Assembly: GCA_965644315.1 (NCBI GenBank)
Contig: CBFFRQ010000062.1
Span: forward strand, 62,001 to 126,000
Direction of reading: 5' to 3'
DNA from: Caecitellus pseudoparvulus
Taxonomy: Eukaryota; Protista; Bigyra: Bicosoecida
DNA length: 64,000 nucleotides
The notes under the pieces are model-generated. The model saw only the letters and a list, made by a program, of their open reading frames with translations. It was not told where the DNA came from and did no database searches. This document shows, one piece after another, positions 9,880 to 19,964 of this stretch. The translations under genes and the position numbers were made by a program. Within the stretch, counting starts at the first letter, position 1. The number at the start of each line of letters is the position of its first letter.

Positions 9880-12261
9880 ATGGCCATGGCGCAGACTGCG
9901 CGTGTTGCGGCGCGCCTGTGGACTTCCAGCATGCAACCCCATGCTGCAGCAGCCCACCATGCAAGGCCCCTCTCGCACCTGGCTTCGCTTCGCGCGCACT
10001 ACCCTGCAGCGCCTGCCGTCGGACTGCCCAGAGCAGCCCCAAGGCAGCCTCTGGCCCTGCAGCGCCACCCCTGCAGCGTGCCCCAACGGGGCGTGCTCAT
10101 GCTGGCCGTGCGCGGAGGCGCCGCCGTCATCGCCGCCCTGGCCGCATACGTCGGCGTGGTGGTGGTGAACCGCATGCGTTTCCGGCAGATGTCCCGCATC
10201 TGGCGCACCCTTGCGGTGCCTGCCGTGAAGCCGCCCCCCTCCCGTGACAGCGGTGCGATGCAGGAGTCCCTGGGCATGTGGCGCGACCTGCCCATCCTGC
10301 AGCGCCCCAACAAGATCCGGTTCCTGCAGAGCCACGTGGCCGCGGAGCCCACGGCGCCCCTGGTGGTCACTGGCCCTGAGGGTGCCGGCAAGACCGGCAT
10401 CATCAAGCAAGTGCTGCTGAACCGCCCCAACACACTGTACCTGGACCTGCGCCAGCACCCCGTCTCGTCAGGGCAGGAGCTGCAGCGCTCCGTCGTCACT
10501 GCTGCGGGGTACTTGCTGCCGCCCTCTGAGCTGGTGGCTCGGGTGGTGTTCCGGGGTGGCGCGGCGGGGAAGTCCCAGCGGTCCGATCTGGCTCGTGGGC
10601 TGGGCACCGTGGCCAGTGTCCTGGAGGCCATGCGCGACGCTGGGGCGGGGCGTGGGCCCACCCCCATCCTGGTCATTGACGAGCTGCAGCACTTCTCCCT
10701 GCCCCACCAGAGCGCGCTGCACCAGCTGCTGCTGGGGCACGCGCCCCCCCCCACCGGCATCGCTGGCAGTGAGAAGGGCGAAGGTGACAAGGCAGGCGGC
10801 GGCAAGGGAGCGGCGGGTGGCGCTGCGCCGCCTGGCAACAGCCTCAGCTCCGACGCCCAGGTGCGCGAGCTGCTGGACTGGTGCATGTACCTCACCTCCA
10901 GCAAACTGGCCCACGTCATCCTGGCAGCCAGCCCGGACGTGGGGGACGCCTTGGACCGCGCGTCAGCGTCCTTTGCCGCGCGGCGGGAGAAGCTGTACTT
11001 CGACTACCCCCGCCGGCGCAGCATGCGCGCCTTCCTGAAGCAAGACATGAACCAGCACCTGGCCCTGCGCGCGGCCATGCTGGCAGAGGGGGCCGGGCGG
11101 CGGGGCACGCCCCCCCCTCAAGACACCTCCTTGCGAGGCCGCCTGCGCAGGGTGCTGGCGGGGCAGCCCCTGGTCATGCCGCAGTACGACGCGTGGACCC
11201 CCCCTGTGGTGGAGGGCGAGGGGGGCTCCCGTCCCCTCACCGTGCAGCCACTGGCTGACTGGGAGGTGGAGGGCCTCATTGACGTGGTGGGGGGGAATCT
11301 GAAGGACATGGCGGCGGTGTGTGCCGCTGTGGCGGAAGGTGGCTCCTGGCAGGAGGTCGCCCAGCGCCTGGTGGCGGACGCAGTGGAGAAGGTGGAAAGC
11401 ACTGGCGAGCGCCTGCTGTCCGGGGGGGTGGTGCTGGGGGAACCCGTGGGCCCCGCGCCCCCCTCCGCCCCTGGCAGCCGGGCAGGGCAGGTGGCTGGCG
11501 CACAGGGCAGCTGGGTCACGACGTACTCTCTGGAGGGCGCCATGCGGTACCTGCGCTTCTTCGACATGATGGGGACGCTGTCCCTGTCTGGGCGCAAGTA
11601 CATCCCCCGGCAGGACCTCGTGAACACGGTGTTCGGGGACGCCTCCCCCGAAATCGACGTGTACGTGGACGCGGGCCTGCTCATGTGCTTCAACCTGACC
11701 TCTGCCACGAAGCTGTTCGGCAAGACTGGCGCAAGCACCCCGCCGCCCAGTCCTGCCTGGGAGGGCGCCGAGACTGGCACGCCCCCCACCCCCACAGACA
11801 CCGTGAACAGTGTGGGCGTGCGAGGCCGGTTTGTGTCTGCCGCCACCCCTCGCCTGCGCGTGGCCTTCGAGGTGGTTCTGGCCGACCCCCGCATACAGGC
11901 CCAGCTGCGCCGTGTGCAGGACCGGGTGCACCTGCATCGCCTCCGGACACGGGAGCAGCGTCTGCTGGAGCAGCAGAAGTTCCTGTCCAAGCAGGAGGGC
12001 GTGCAGGCCTTCCTCTCTGCTGTGGGCAAGGCGGAGGCGGCAGGGAGCGGGGGGGGGGACATCCCCTGCCCCGCCCGCGCAGACCAGCCCCTGCCCCCGG
12101 ACCTACTGTCCGCCACCCGCTCGCAGCTGGCAGAGTCTGTGCAGGAATTGCTGCGAGTGGAGCGGGAGCTGGACGAGGTGTGGTCTGAGCTGCGCGGGGT
12201 GTCCAAGCGCCTGGCACGGGGGATCGTGGAAGCCCCAGTGGGCCCATCCCCCGCCTCCTGA
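9880..12261 (+). CDS. Membrane-anchored P-loop ATPase (ATPase_2/AAA_16-like), probably mitochondrial
   Basis: Arg/Ala-rich presequence-like N-terminus, TM (AAVIAALAAYVGVVVV), Walker A GPEGAGKT, Walker B ILVIDE, C-terminal coiled coil. Confidence 0.65.
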   Translation: MAMAQTARVAARLWTSSMQPHAAAAHHARPLSHLASLRAHYPAAPAVGLPRAAPRQPLALQRHPCSVPQRGVLMLAVRGGAAVIAALAAYVGVVVVNRMRFRQMSRIWRTLAVPAVKPPPSRDSGAMQESLGMWRDLPILQRPNKIRFLQSHVAAEPTAPLVVTGPEGAGKTGIIKQVLLNRPNTLYLDLRQHPVSSGQELQRSVVTAAGYLLPPSELVARVVFRGGAAGKSQRSDLARGLGTVASVLEAMRDAGAGRGPTPILVIDELQHFSLPHQSALHQLLLGHAPPPTGIAGSEKGEGDKAGGGKGAAGGAAPPGNSLSSDAQVRELLDWCMYLTSSKLAHVILAASPDVGDALDRASASFAARREKLYFDYPRRRSMRAFLKQDMNQHLALRAAMLAEGAGRRGTPPPQDTSLRGRLRRVLAGQPLVMPQYDAWTPPVVEGEGGSRPLTVQPLADWEVEGLIDVVGGNLKDMAAVCAAVAEGGSWQEVAQRLVADAVEKVESTGERLLSGGVVLGEPVGPAPPSAPGSRAGQVAGAQGSWVTTYSLEGAMRYLRFFDMMGTLSLSGRKYIPRQDLVNTVFGDASPEIDVYVDAGLLMCFNLTSATKLFGKTGASTPPPSPAWEGAETGTPPTPTDTVNSVGVRGRFVSAATPRLRVAFEVVLADPRIQAQLRRVQDRVHLHRLRTREQRLLEQQKFLSKQEGVQAFLSAVGKAEAAGSGGGDIPCPARADQPLPPDLLSATRSQLAESVQELLRVERELDEVWSELRGVSKRLARGIVEAPVGPSPAS

Positions 12262-12282
12262 GGCGCTTCGTCGCTGCCGGGG

Positions 12283-12292
12283 CAATGCATTG
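12283..12292. terminator. Candidate bidirectional 3'-end/poly(A) signal CAATGCATTG (ATPase/carboxypeptidase)
   Basis: The same palindrome in the 37-nt convergent gap. Confidence 0.55.
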
Positions 12293-12298
12293 GTGCAC

Positions 12299-13857
12299 TT
12301 AGAAGGAGCCCCCGGAGATGAAGGTGTCCAGCATGGCAAGGGCGGCAGCGGGCTGGTCGTGGGGCACCATGTGCCCTGCGTCGAACACGCGCAGGAAGTG
12401 CAGGCCCTCGGCGGCCTGGATCGTGCCGGCCTGCTGGCCGCCCACCATCCAGGGCTTGGTGGCAGCTGCGTTGAAGGCAGCCTTGCCAGGCCACTGCAGG
12501 GCCTCAGTCCACGCGTGGTTGCCCAGCCAGTTGCAGATGAAGTCCAGGTCGCCCGCGTACACGAGGACGGGGATCTTGCTGGCCAGGAGGGGCAGGGTGT
12601 CCTGCTGGTAGTTGCGCATCCAGTCGGAGGAGAAGTCCCCGTTCACCTGGTAGTTGCAGCTGGTCCACTCGCCAGACACACCCAGCGTGGCCTGGGTGGC
12701 TGCGGAGTTCAGGAAGGTGTTCACGTTGGTGAAGTTGTAGCAGAGGCCGGGCACGGTGCAGGGCTCCTTGATGTTGTAGGGGTTCAGGCCGGTCTGCTCG
12801 TAGGGGGATAGCTCAGCGTCGTTGCAGACGAACTGGGCCACGCTGCAGACGGAGTGGTCCTGCTGGCACTGGGAGATGAGCTTCACGCAGCCGGGCACGG
12901 CGTTCTGCATCTGCTTGTAGGTGGACAGGTCCACGACGGGGTGGCCAATCTTGGAGATGGAGTAGTTGTACGCCATCTCGGGGTAGTACTTGTACTGCAC
13001 CTCGGGGTCCGTCAGGCCGTTGCCCATGGCCAGGCCAGCCAGGTTGATGTGGATGTCGCCGGGGGCCAGGGCCTGGTTGCCCTGGTAAATGCCGTTGGCA
13101 GTGGCGGGCGCGTAGTGTCCGCCGTACGACTCGCCGATGACGAAGAAGGGGTTGTCAGCCAGCTCGGGGTGTGCCTTGAAGAAGCCCTGCAGGAAGGCGT
13201 ACATGTCGGCGGCCACCATGGCCTCGTCGCTGTCGTTCTCCTCGCCAGTGCTGAAGCCCACGCCAGCGGGCTGGTCGATGTACAGCAAGTTCGCGTTGGT
13301 GTTCCAGGAGTAGGGGTTGGGCACAGTGCCATCCCCAGCTGGGTTGGCGTGGCAGGGGCCGTTTTCGAACAGCCTGTGAGGGGCGAAGGGGGGCGTGCCA
13401 GTGCGGCTTGCGGAAGGCGGCGCAGACTGGACCTCCTTGTTCCTCAGCCCACGGCCGCCGCCAGCGCAACGACACTCACAGTGCCAGCTCGGAGCTGCAG
13501 CCAGGCCCACCGGTCATCCACAGGACACTGTGCAGGTAAGGGGGTGGTGGCAAGTGCAGCACGTGCAAACGGTGCCACAAGCGAGGCAGGGCGGGGCACC
13601 GCCGCCTCCCCCAGCGCGGGCGTGGCAGGTGCAGTGCACTTCACTACGCACACAGGGTCGTCTGCGGGGTTGTTCTGGCTGTCAAAACCCCAGTAAAAGT
13701 AGTGCTTGGAGTCATCGTCGATGTCCACGTAGCCGGCGTAGGAGTTCACGTCCGTGCAGAGGCCGGTGACGTTGCGCTCCCCGCGCAGCGTAGCGATGGG
13801 ACGCGCAGCGACAGCTGCCACCGCCGTGGCGGCGAGGATTGCGGCAAGAGTACGCAT
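12299..13857 (-). CDS. Serine carboxypeptidase S10 (carboxypeptidase Y-like), spliced
   Basis: Signal peptide MRTLAAILAATAVAAVAA; YAGYVD..KHYFYW; NPYSWNTNANLLYIDQPAGVGFS; catalytic GESYGGHY, GDLDFICN, DAGHMVPHDQP. Confidence 0.93.
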
Positions 13858-14188
13858 GGCTGACGAGTGGTGTGGCCTAGTAGAAGTCACACAGTGCTCG
13901 TGGGGATGGGCGTGTTTTGGGGATTGTCGCAGGCAGCTCAAAGGTTTCCGGCGCCGCTCGTCCCGGTGTCTTGCTGGAGGGGGTCTTCAGCCCCTTTCAG
14001 TTGGACACCCGAGTGTCCGGGAACTGGACTTCGGCCAGTTCTTGCACCTTCTTCAAGGGCCTCAGTGAATGACGCCTTCTGGCCCGCCGCAGCGCTTCGT
14101 GGGAAGACCTTTCATAGTTGGTGCATGACGAGAGGATCAGGGTAAGATAGGCAGCATTCCCAGCGGGAGGAGGTCTTTAACAAGGCAA

Positions 14189-15835
14189 ATGCCCATGTTC
14201 GAAGAGAAATCGACACATGAGCGGGGGAGCGATGGGTCAGCCCTGGCGCCTGAGCCGGAGGGCGTGCAGGAGGCACAGGCGAGTGACGCTGCCTCGGCAG
14301 CTATGCGGCACGCTCTGCACCTGGAGGAGGACGCCGCAGCGGCGGATGATGGCGATGGTGATGGGAGTGATGTGGAGGATGCCGCGGCGGCAGAGGGGAG
14401 CAGTCTGGCGTTGCTGGGTGCGGCGAGTGAGTCGGGGCAGGCCAGTGCGCCTGACAGCGCACGTGCCGTGCCGAGTGGAGTGGCAGGTGGCGGCGGAGAG
14501 CTGGAGGGCGACGACAGTGATGCCAGCGGTGACGGGGACGTGGACAGGAGGGGGCGTGTGGTGACGCCTGCCGTGGCTGCGCGGCGTGCGGCTCAGGCGA
14601 AGGCCCGCAAGGCTGCCGCAGCCCTGCCGTGGGACACGGCGTACCACGCCTGCACCTTCCTGCAGCGTCTGTGGGAGGCACATGCCCGTGTGCTGAGTGA
14701 GGCAGCGGCTGGTGCTGGTGGCAGTGGCAGTGGTGGTGGGCCTTCCAGCGGCCCGAAGCGGCGGCGCAAGGCAGGGAAGGCGCAGGAATCTGACGCCACC
14801 ACCACTGCTGCCACGCTACACAGTGCGCTGTGAACGTCCCTGGATGCTCTGACCGACATCATGGTGTTCCCTTCCACGTGGGTGCGGGCTGCAGCAGCCA
14901 GGTGGCAGGGCGCCGTCCTGAACACCGTGGCAGTGGCGAGCGTGTGGAGCTGCCCCCCACCACCTGGCGTGGTGGCGTGGCTTGCTGGGGATGAGCGCCT
15001 GTTCGCCCTGGCCCGGGCAGCCTGTGTGGAGCTGGCGGACGGGACGCTGAGCAGGGAGCAGGGCACGGCTCTGGCGCCGGTGCTGCTGTTCACGGCGGTG
15101 GGGCTGTACGACACGACGCCGCCCAGCTCCCGCAACACCATCCCGCCCCACCTTGCCGAGCGCACGGCTCGCTTGGCCGGCAAGTGCACCCTGCTCGTGG
15201 GTGGCGTGGAGGTGGTGGGCAGCAAGGCGGTGCAGCGTGACAGCCCGCCCTCCACACACACCGCCCACGACGACGACGGTGGTGCGCGGGACCCGCTGTT
15301 CTGGTTGCTGCAGCGCCTCAGCAACACGGCAGTGCACAAGGGCGGGCCGGCGGCCACCACGGCGCTGAAAGTGTTCGGGGCCATGGCTGGGCACTTGACG
15401 CAGGCAGACCTGCAGCGCTACGTGGTGCAAGTGGCGCGGGCAGTGTTCCGGACTGTGCAGGCGGCAGAGCACGTGGCCAGCGACCCCCGCCTGGCCGACG
15501 CGCCATCCTGGTCAGAGAAAGGCCAGCAGGCGGCCGCTGCAGCGGAGGCAGGCACCTTGACGTCGGAGGTCATGGAGGCTGTGCAGGCTGCCATGGGCGC
15601 AGATGTGTTCCTGGCGGCATACAACGGCGAGCGGCGGGCCGGGGCGGCGGCGAAGGAGCGGCGGGCGAAGCAGGTGGCGAAGGAGGCGGTGGTGAACTCG
15701 GCAGCAGCTGCAGGGTGTTGGGGGAGGAGGGCGCAGGTGAAGAAGCGCCACGTGGCGAAGCGCATGGACAAGTTGAAGGTGCTGCGAGGCGGTAGGAAGG
15801 GCAGGAAGCGTGCGAGAGAGGAGCGAGAGGCGTGA
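14189..15835 (+). pseudogene. UTP20: 5'-truncated UTP20 C-terminal fragment with in-frame TGA at 14831-14833
   Basis: ORFs 14189-14833 and 14861-15835 share a frame and are separated only by a TGA. Motifs WDTAYHAC, FPSTWVRAAAARWQG, FWLLQRLS and FLAAYNGERR..KERRAKQVAKEAVVN plus a basic tail resemble the UTP20 C-terminus; only ~540 codons of a normally >2,000-aa protein are present. Confidence 0.6.
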
Positions 15836-16035
15836 GAGGGTTTGGTGAGTGGAGGGTAGTGTAATGCAGGTGTGGGAGCGGGGGATGTGTGCATGCTGGT
15901 GAGGTGCGTTGGTGTGTCGTGTGAGGTGGATCGTGATGTGGTGTGTGCGTGTGCGGAGGAGTGGCGGGTGTGCTGGATTGAGGTGGCGGCCAGGTTTGCC
16001 TCATGGTGCATTGGCCTGTACTTGACGCCTGGGGA

Positions 16036-19000
16036 TCAAATCAATTCTTTCAAGCTCTCAAACTTGATGGCTTGCTGCCTCACGCTTTCTGGGATCCTGC
16101 GAACGCCTGTCAGACCCAGCAGCACACGCACGATGTCTATGTGGCCATTGGCACATGCTTTTCGAAAGGCCGCTTCAGGCCCACGCCTATCCGCCGCGTG
16201 TACATCCACTTCCCGCGCCCCAGTGAGGCCCAGCAGCACACGCACGATGTCTGCGCGGCCATTGGCACATGCGTCTCGGAGGGCGGCCTCAGGTCCACGC
16301 CTATCCGCCGCGTGCACATCCACTGCCCGGTCACCAGTCAGGCCCAGCAGCTCACGCACAATGTCTGTGTGGCCCATGGTGCATGCCCATCGGAAGGCGG
16401 CCTCAGGTCCATGCCCATCCGCCGCATGCACGTCCACTTCCCGCGCCCCAGTGAGGCCCAGCAGCTCACGCACGATCTCGAGCTGGCCCCTGGCGCATGC
16501 CCATTGGAAGGCGGCTTCAGGTCCATCTCTATTCGCCGCATGTACATCCACTTCCCGCTCCCCAGTCAGGGCTAACAGCTCACGCACGATGTCTGTGTGG
16601 CCATTGCGGTATGCCCCTCGGAAGCCGGCCTCAGGTCCATCCCCATCCATCGCATGCACGTCCACTTCCCGCGCTCCAGTGAGGCCCAGCAGCTCACGCA
16701 CAATATCTGTGTGGCCCATGGTGCATGCCTCTCGGAAGCCGGCCTCAGGTCCATCTCTATTCGCCGCGTGTACATCCACTTCCCGCGCTCCAGTGAGGCC
16801 CAGCAGCACACGCACGATGTCTGTGTGGCCATTGGCACATGCGTCTCGGAAGGCGGCCTCAGGCCCACCCCCATTCGCCACATGCACGTCCACTTCCCGC
16901 GCTCCAGTGAGGCCCAGCAGCTCACGCACAATATCTGTGTGGCCCATGGTGCATGCCTCTCGGAAGCCGGCCTCAGGTCCATCTCTATTCGCCGCGTGTA
17001 CATCCACTTCCCGCGCTCCAGTGAGGCCCAGCAGCACACGCACGATGTCTATGTGGCCATTGGCACATGCTTTTCGAAAGGCCGCTTCAGGCCCACGCCT
17101 ATCCGCCGCGTGTACATCCACTTCCCGCGCACCAGTGAGGCCCAGCAGCACACGCACGATGTCTGCGCGGCCATTGGCACATGCGTCTCGGAAGGCGGCC
17201 TCAGGTCCACCCCCATTCGCCACATGCACGTCCACTTCCCGCGCCCCAGTGAGGCCCAGCAGCTCACGCACAATGTCTGTGTGGCCCATGGTGCATGCCC
17301 ATCGGAAGGCGGCCTCAGGTCCATGCCCATCCGCCGCATGCACGTCCACTTCCCGCGCCCCAGTGAGGCCCAGCAGCTCACGCACGATCTCGAGCTGGCC
17401 CCTGGCGCATGCCCATTGGAAGGCGGCCTCAGGTCCATGCCCATCCATCGCATGCACGTCCACTTCCCGCTCCCCAGTGAGGCCCAGCAGCTCACGCACG
17501 ATGTCGATGTGGCCATGTAAGCATGCCCATCGGAACGCAGCTTCTGGCCCCGCACTGCGAACATACTGCACGACCTCAAGACTTCCCTTCACGTGCACAT
17601 CCACAGCCCCACCCCCCGTCAATGCAAGCAGCTCACGCACTCTCTCGAGTTTTCCATACTTGCACGCTGCTACAAACGCTGTGGTGTTTTCCTCACTGAA
17701 CTTCACTTGCCCAGGGGCGTGCCCTACCTGCTCCTGACCTGCCGCAGCAGATTTCTGCAATCGATCAAGCACACTCCGCACAGCACTCTCCACACTTGGC
17801 AGGCGCCCCAATCCACCCCCAGTTCCTTCATACGCAATCGCATATGCACTCATGCAACAACCACTCCCTCCTCGCCCCAACACCTCCAACACGCTCGATA
17901 ATCCGTGCCCACCACCTTCACCACTTCCCACGAAGCTTGAAACAACGCCAGATCCGCCACCCAACGCACCACCTGCCACTCCAAGCACCTCACGCAGCAC
18001 ACTCAACACACCGCCACCCTTCACATCAACGCTGCCGCCATTAGTGCGACCTGTGCCCCACACACCCCCACATGCACTCAACACCACCTCACACCCACCC
18101 CCATCCACCGCCCCCACCAGATCACCCACACTGCCGCTCCCCACACCCACCACAACGAAGCTCCCCACACCCACACCACTCACATCCACTCCACACGCCT
18201 CAGCCACAGCACACACACCCAGCACCCTCACAGCCACGCGCTGCTTCACATCCAGCCCAACATCGCCCCAAGCTTCATCCTCCAGGAACACCCTCAGCGG
18301 CCACCCCGCCTTGCACTGCACCTGCACTGTAACACTGCTTCTCTCGCCAACCGGCTCATCAGCCCTGCCGCCTCCACAAATGTGATTCAACGCTGCCCTG
18401 TACGGAGTCTGTGCCATCCGCGGCAGTCCATGGGCGATGCGAGCCGCTTCGCCACGCTTCACGGCGCCAACACTCGTGGCAAGCGCCCTCGCACCCGCCT
18501 TCACACTTGCCGCCCACTGCTCTACATCCCCAGCTCCACCAACATCCTCATCCACGATCTCGCTCCGCCCACTGTACACACTCACACCCTTGCTGTTCAG
18601 GCACTCTAAGCCGCCCGACAAGTCCAAGCCACCCACAGCCCTCACCTTCCGACCACTCATCACCGGCGCACACCCTAACAGCCCCCGCAGCTCCTCCACT
18701 GCACTCGCAGCACACTCCAAGTGCACCGCAGCACTCTCACTCCTCAGATCGCCTGCCGCCTCGCCTCGCAGCCAACCAGCCTGCTGCCGCATGCCAGCCA
18801 GAGCCGCCTCCGCCGCCGACACGCCACCGGCATCATGTGTGAGCGGACTACTGTCACCAGCCACACCCACACCCGCCGCTTCGAAGCCTTGCCACCATCG
18901 CGTCAGGTCAGCCAGCGCACCCTCTACGTTTACACCGCCCCGCACACTGCCCCAAGCACCCACAATGGCGCCCCACACTGCGCCCCCCTCCGGCACTGCA

Positions 19001-19533
19001 CCGGCACTCACACCAGATGCCGCCTGATGCAGCACATCCACCGCACAGAAGCACCGGAACGACAGGTACTGCAGCGCAGCACACACGTCATCCCGCTCAC
19101 GCTGCCCCGCCAACGCCCCAGCCTGCTCCAACAGCGCACCCCCCGCATCACGCAGTGCGCCCTCCAGCTCCACCAGGCCCATGGCACATGGGGCGACGTC
19201 GTCTGCAGCAGGCGTCTCGCCACGCCCAATGGCTGCCAGTCCTCGCAGTGCTGGGCCGTGCTCCATGACGCTGCCCGGCAGGCACTGCATCTTGCGCAAG
19301 CATGCCGCCACCACCTCAGCCTGCGTGTCGTCAACGCCTGCAGTGGGTGCTACTTTGCCCTCGATGGCTTGTCCTGTTGCTGCTGCCTGTGGTGGAGGGA
19401 GGGGCAGGGCGCTGCGTGCTGTGAGAGACACGCTCTGTCGCAAGTGCTGGCGAGAGCCAGGCGCGATGACCACGCCCACGCACCATGGCGATGGATGGCA
19501 GGGGTTCTGACCAGGTGTAGCAGTGCTGTACAA
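16036..19533 (-). CDS. Ankyrin-repeat protein with N-terminal helical region and degenerate kinase-like domain (true 5' exon uncertain)
   Basis: 1165-aa ORF; 13 tandem EAAFxxACxxGxxDIVRxLLGLTGxREVDVHxxxxxGP units at the C-terminus; a probable splice acceptor lies near 19388. Confidence 0.8.
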   Translation of the reverse strand: MYSTATPGQNPCHPSPWCVGVVIAPGSRQHLRQSVSLTARSALPLPPPQAAATGQAIEGKVAPTAGVDDTQAEVVAACLRKMQCLPGSVMEHGPALRGLAAIGRGETPAADDVAPCAMGLVELEGALRDAGGALLEQAGALAGQRERDDVCAALQYLSFRCFCAVDVLHQAASGVSAGAVPEGGAVWGAIVGAWGSVRGGVNVEGALADLTRWWQGFEAAGVGVAGDSSPLTHDAGGVSAAEAALAGMRQQAGWLRGEAAGDLRSESAAVHLECAASAVEELRGLLGCAPVMSGRKVRAVGGLDLSGGLECLNSKGVSVYSGRSEIVDEDVGGAGDVEQWAASVKAGARALATSVGAVKRGEAARIAHGLPRMAQTPYRAALNHICGGGRADEPVGERSSVTVQVQCKAGWPLRVFLEDEAWGDVGLDVKQRVAVRVLGVCAVAEACGVDVSGVGVGSFVVVGVGSGSVGDLVGAVDGGGCEVVLSACGGVWGTGRTNGGSVDVKGGGVLSVLREVLGVAGGALGGGSGVVSSFVGSGEGGGHGLSSVLEVLGRGGSGCCMSAYAIAYEGTGGGLGRLPSVESAVRSVLDRLQKSAAAGQEQVGHAPGQVKFSEENTTAFVAACKYGKLERVRELLALTGGGAVDVHVKGSLEVVQYVRSAGPEAAFRWACLHGHIDIVRELLGLTGEREVDVHAMDGHGPEAAFQWACARGQLEIVRELLGLTGAREVDVHAADGHGPEAAFRWACTMGHTDIVRELLGLTGAREVDVHVANGGGPEAAFRDACANGRADIVRVLLGLTGAREVDVHAADRRGPEAAFRKACANGHIDIVRVLLGLTGAREVDVHAANRDGPEAGFREACTMGHTDIVRELLGLTGAREVDVHVANGGGPEAAFRDACANGHTDIVRVLLGLTGAREVDVHAANRDGPEAGFREACTMGHTDIVRELLGLTGAREVDVHAMDGDGPEAGFRGAYRNGHTDIVRELLALTGEREVDVHAANRDGPEAAFQWACARGQLEIVRELLGLTGAREVDVHAADGHGPEAAFRWACTMGHTDIVRELLGLTGDRAVDVHAADRRGPEAALRDACANGRADIVRVLLGLTGAREVDVHAADRRGPEAAFRKACANGHIDIVRVLLGLTGVRRIPESVRQQAIKFESLKELI
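16100..17544 (-). repeat. Tandem 114-bp (38-aa) coding repeat array, 13 units, with a higher-order duplication (units 2-5 approximately equal units 10-13, 912-bp offset)
   Basis: Recurring ccagtgaggcccagcagc(t/a)cacgcac every 114 bp; units 2 and 10 are identical at the protein level. Confidence 0.95.
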
Positions 19534-19964
19534 CTAGCTCCTGCGGGGTGGATGCAGTCGGCGCCTGTGTTTGTGTGGCGGAGAGGCGCTGTCGCAGTTG
19601 ACTTGTGCGGGTGCAACTTCCGCACTTACACCAGAGCATGCTCACCTGTGGCGGCCAAAAATGAAGACAAGGCACCAGGCACGATGATGTGCAGATGTGC
19701 AGTGACACCACAGGTGTGTATGGGAAAGATTTGAGGTGCGTTTTGGTGTCAAGCATCTCAAATTGTGTCCCGCTCCGCTCGGTGGGGTGCGCGGCATAAC
19801 AACAAAAAGGGTTGCAGAAAGAGCATCCCGGACACCCCTGACATCCCTGCTACCGGGGCGCACACTCTTGCCCCGCGGCAGCCACGCCTCTCGCGCTGCT
19901 GCCGACACCAGCCCTGCCACGCAGCCCCACCGGGGAGCCCGCACAACGCACTGCATTGGCCGCC

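Noticed and set aside
14831-14833. UGA reassigned to Trp or selenocysteine
   Set aside because: TGA serves as the normal stop in many intact genes here (4313, 9732, 12261, 46019, 59756), and the fragment is also 5'-truncated, so a nonsense mutation is simpler.
16100-17544. CRISPR-like or non-coding satellite array
   Set aside because: Units are 114 bp, in frame, encode ankyrin repeats and have no unique spacers; no cas genes are present and the context is eukaryotic.
13900-19900. Autonomous transposon or endogenous virophage/Polinton in the island
   Set aside because: No transposase, integrase, RT, capsid or packaging ATPase motifs, and no terminal repeats or target-site duplication were identified.
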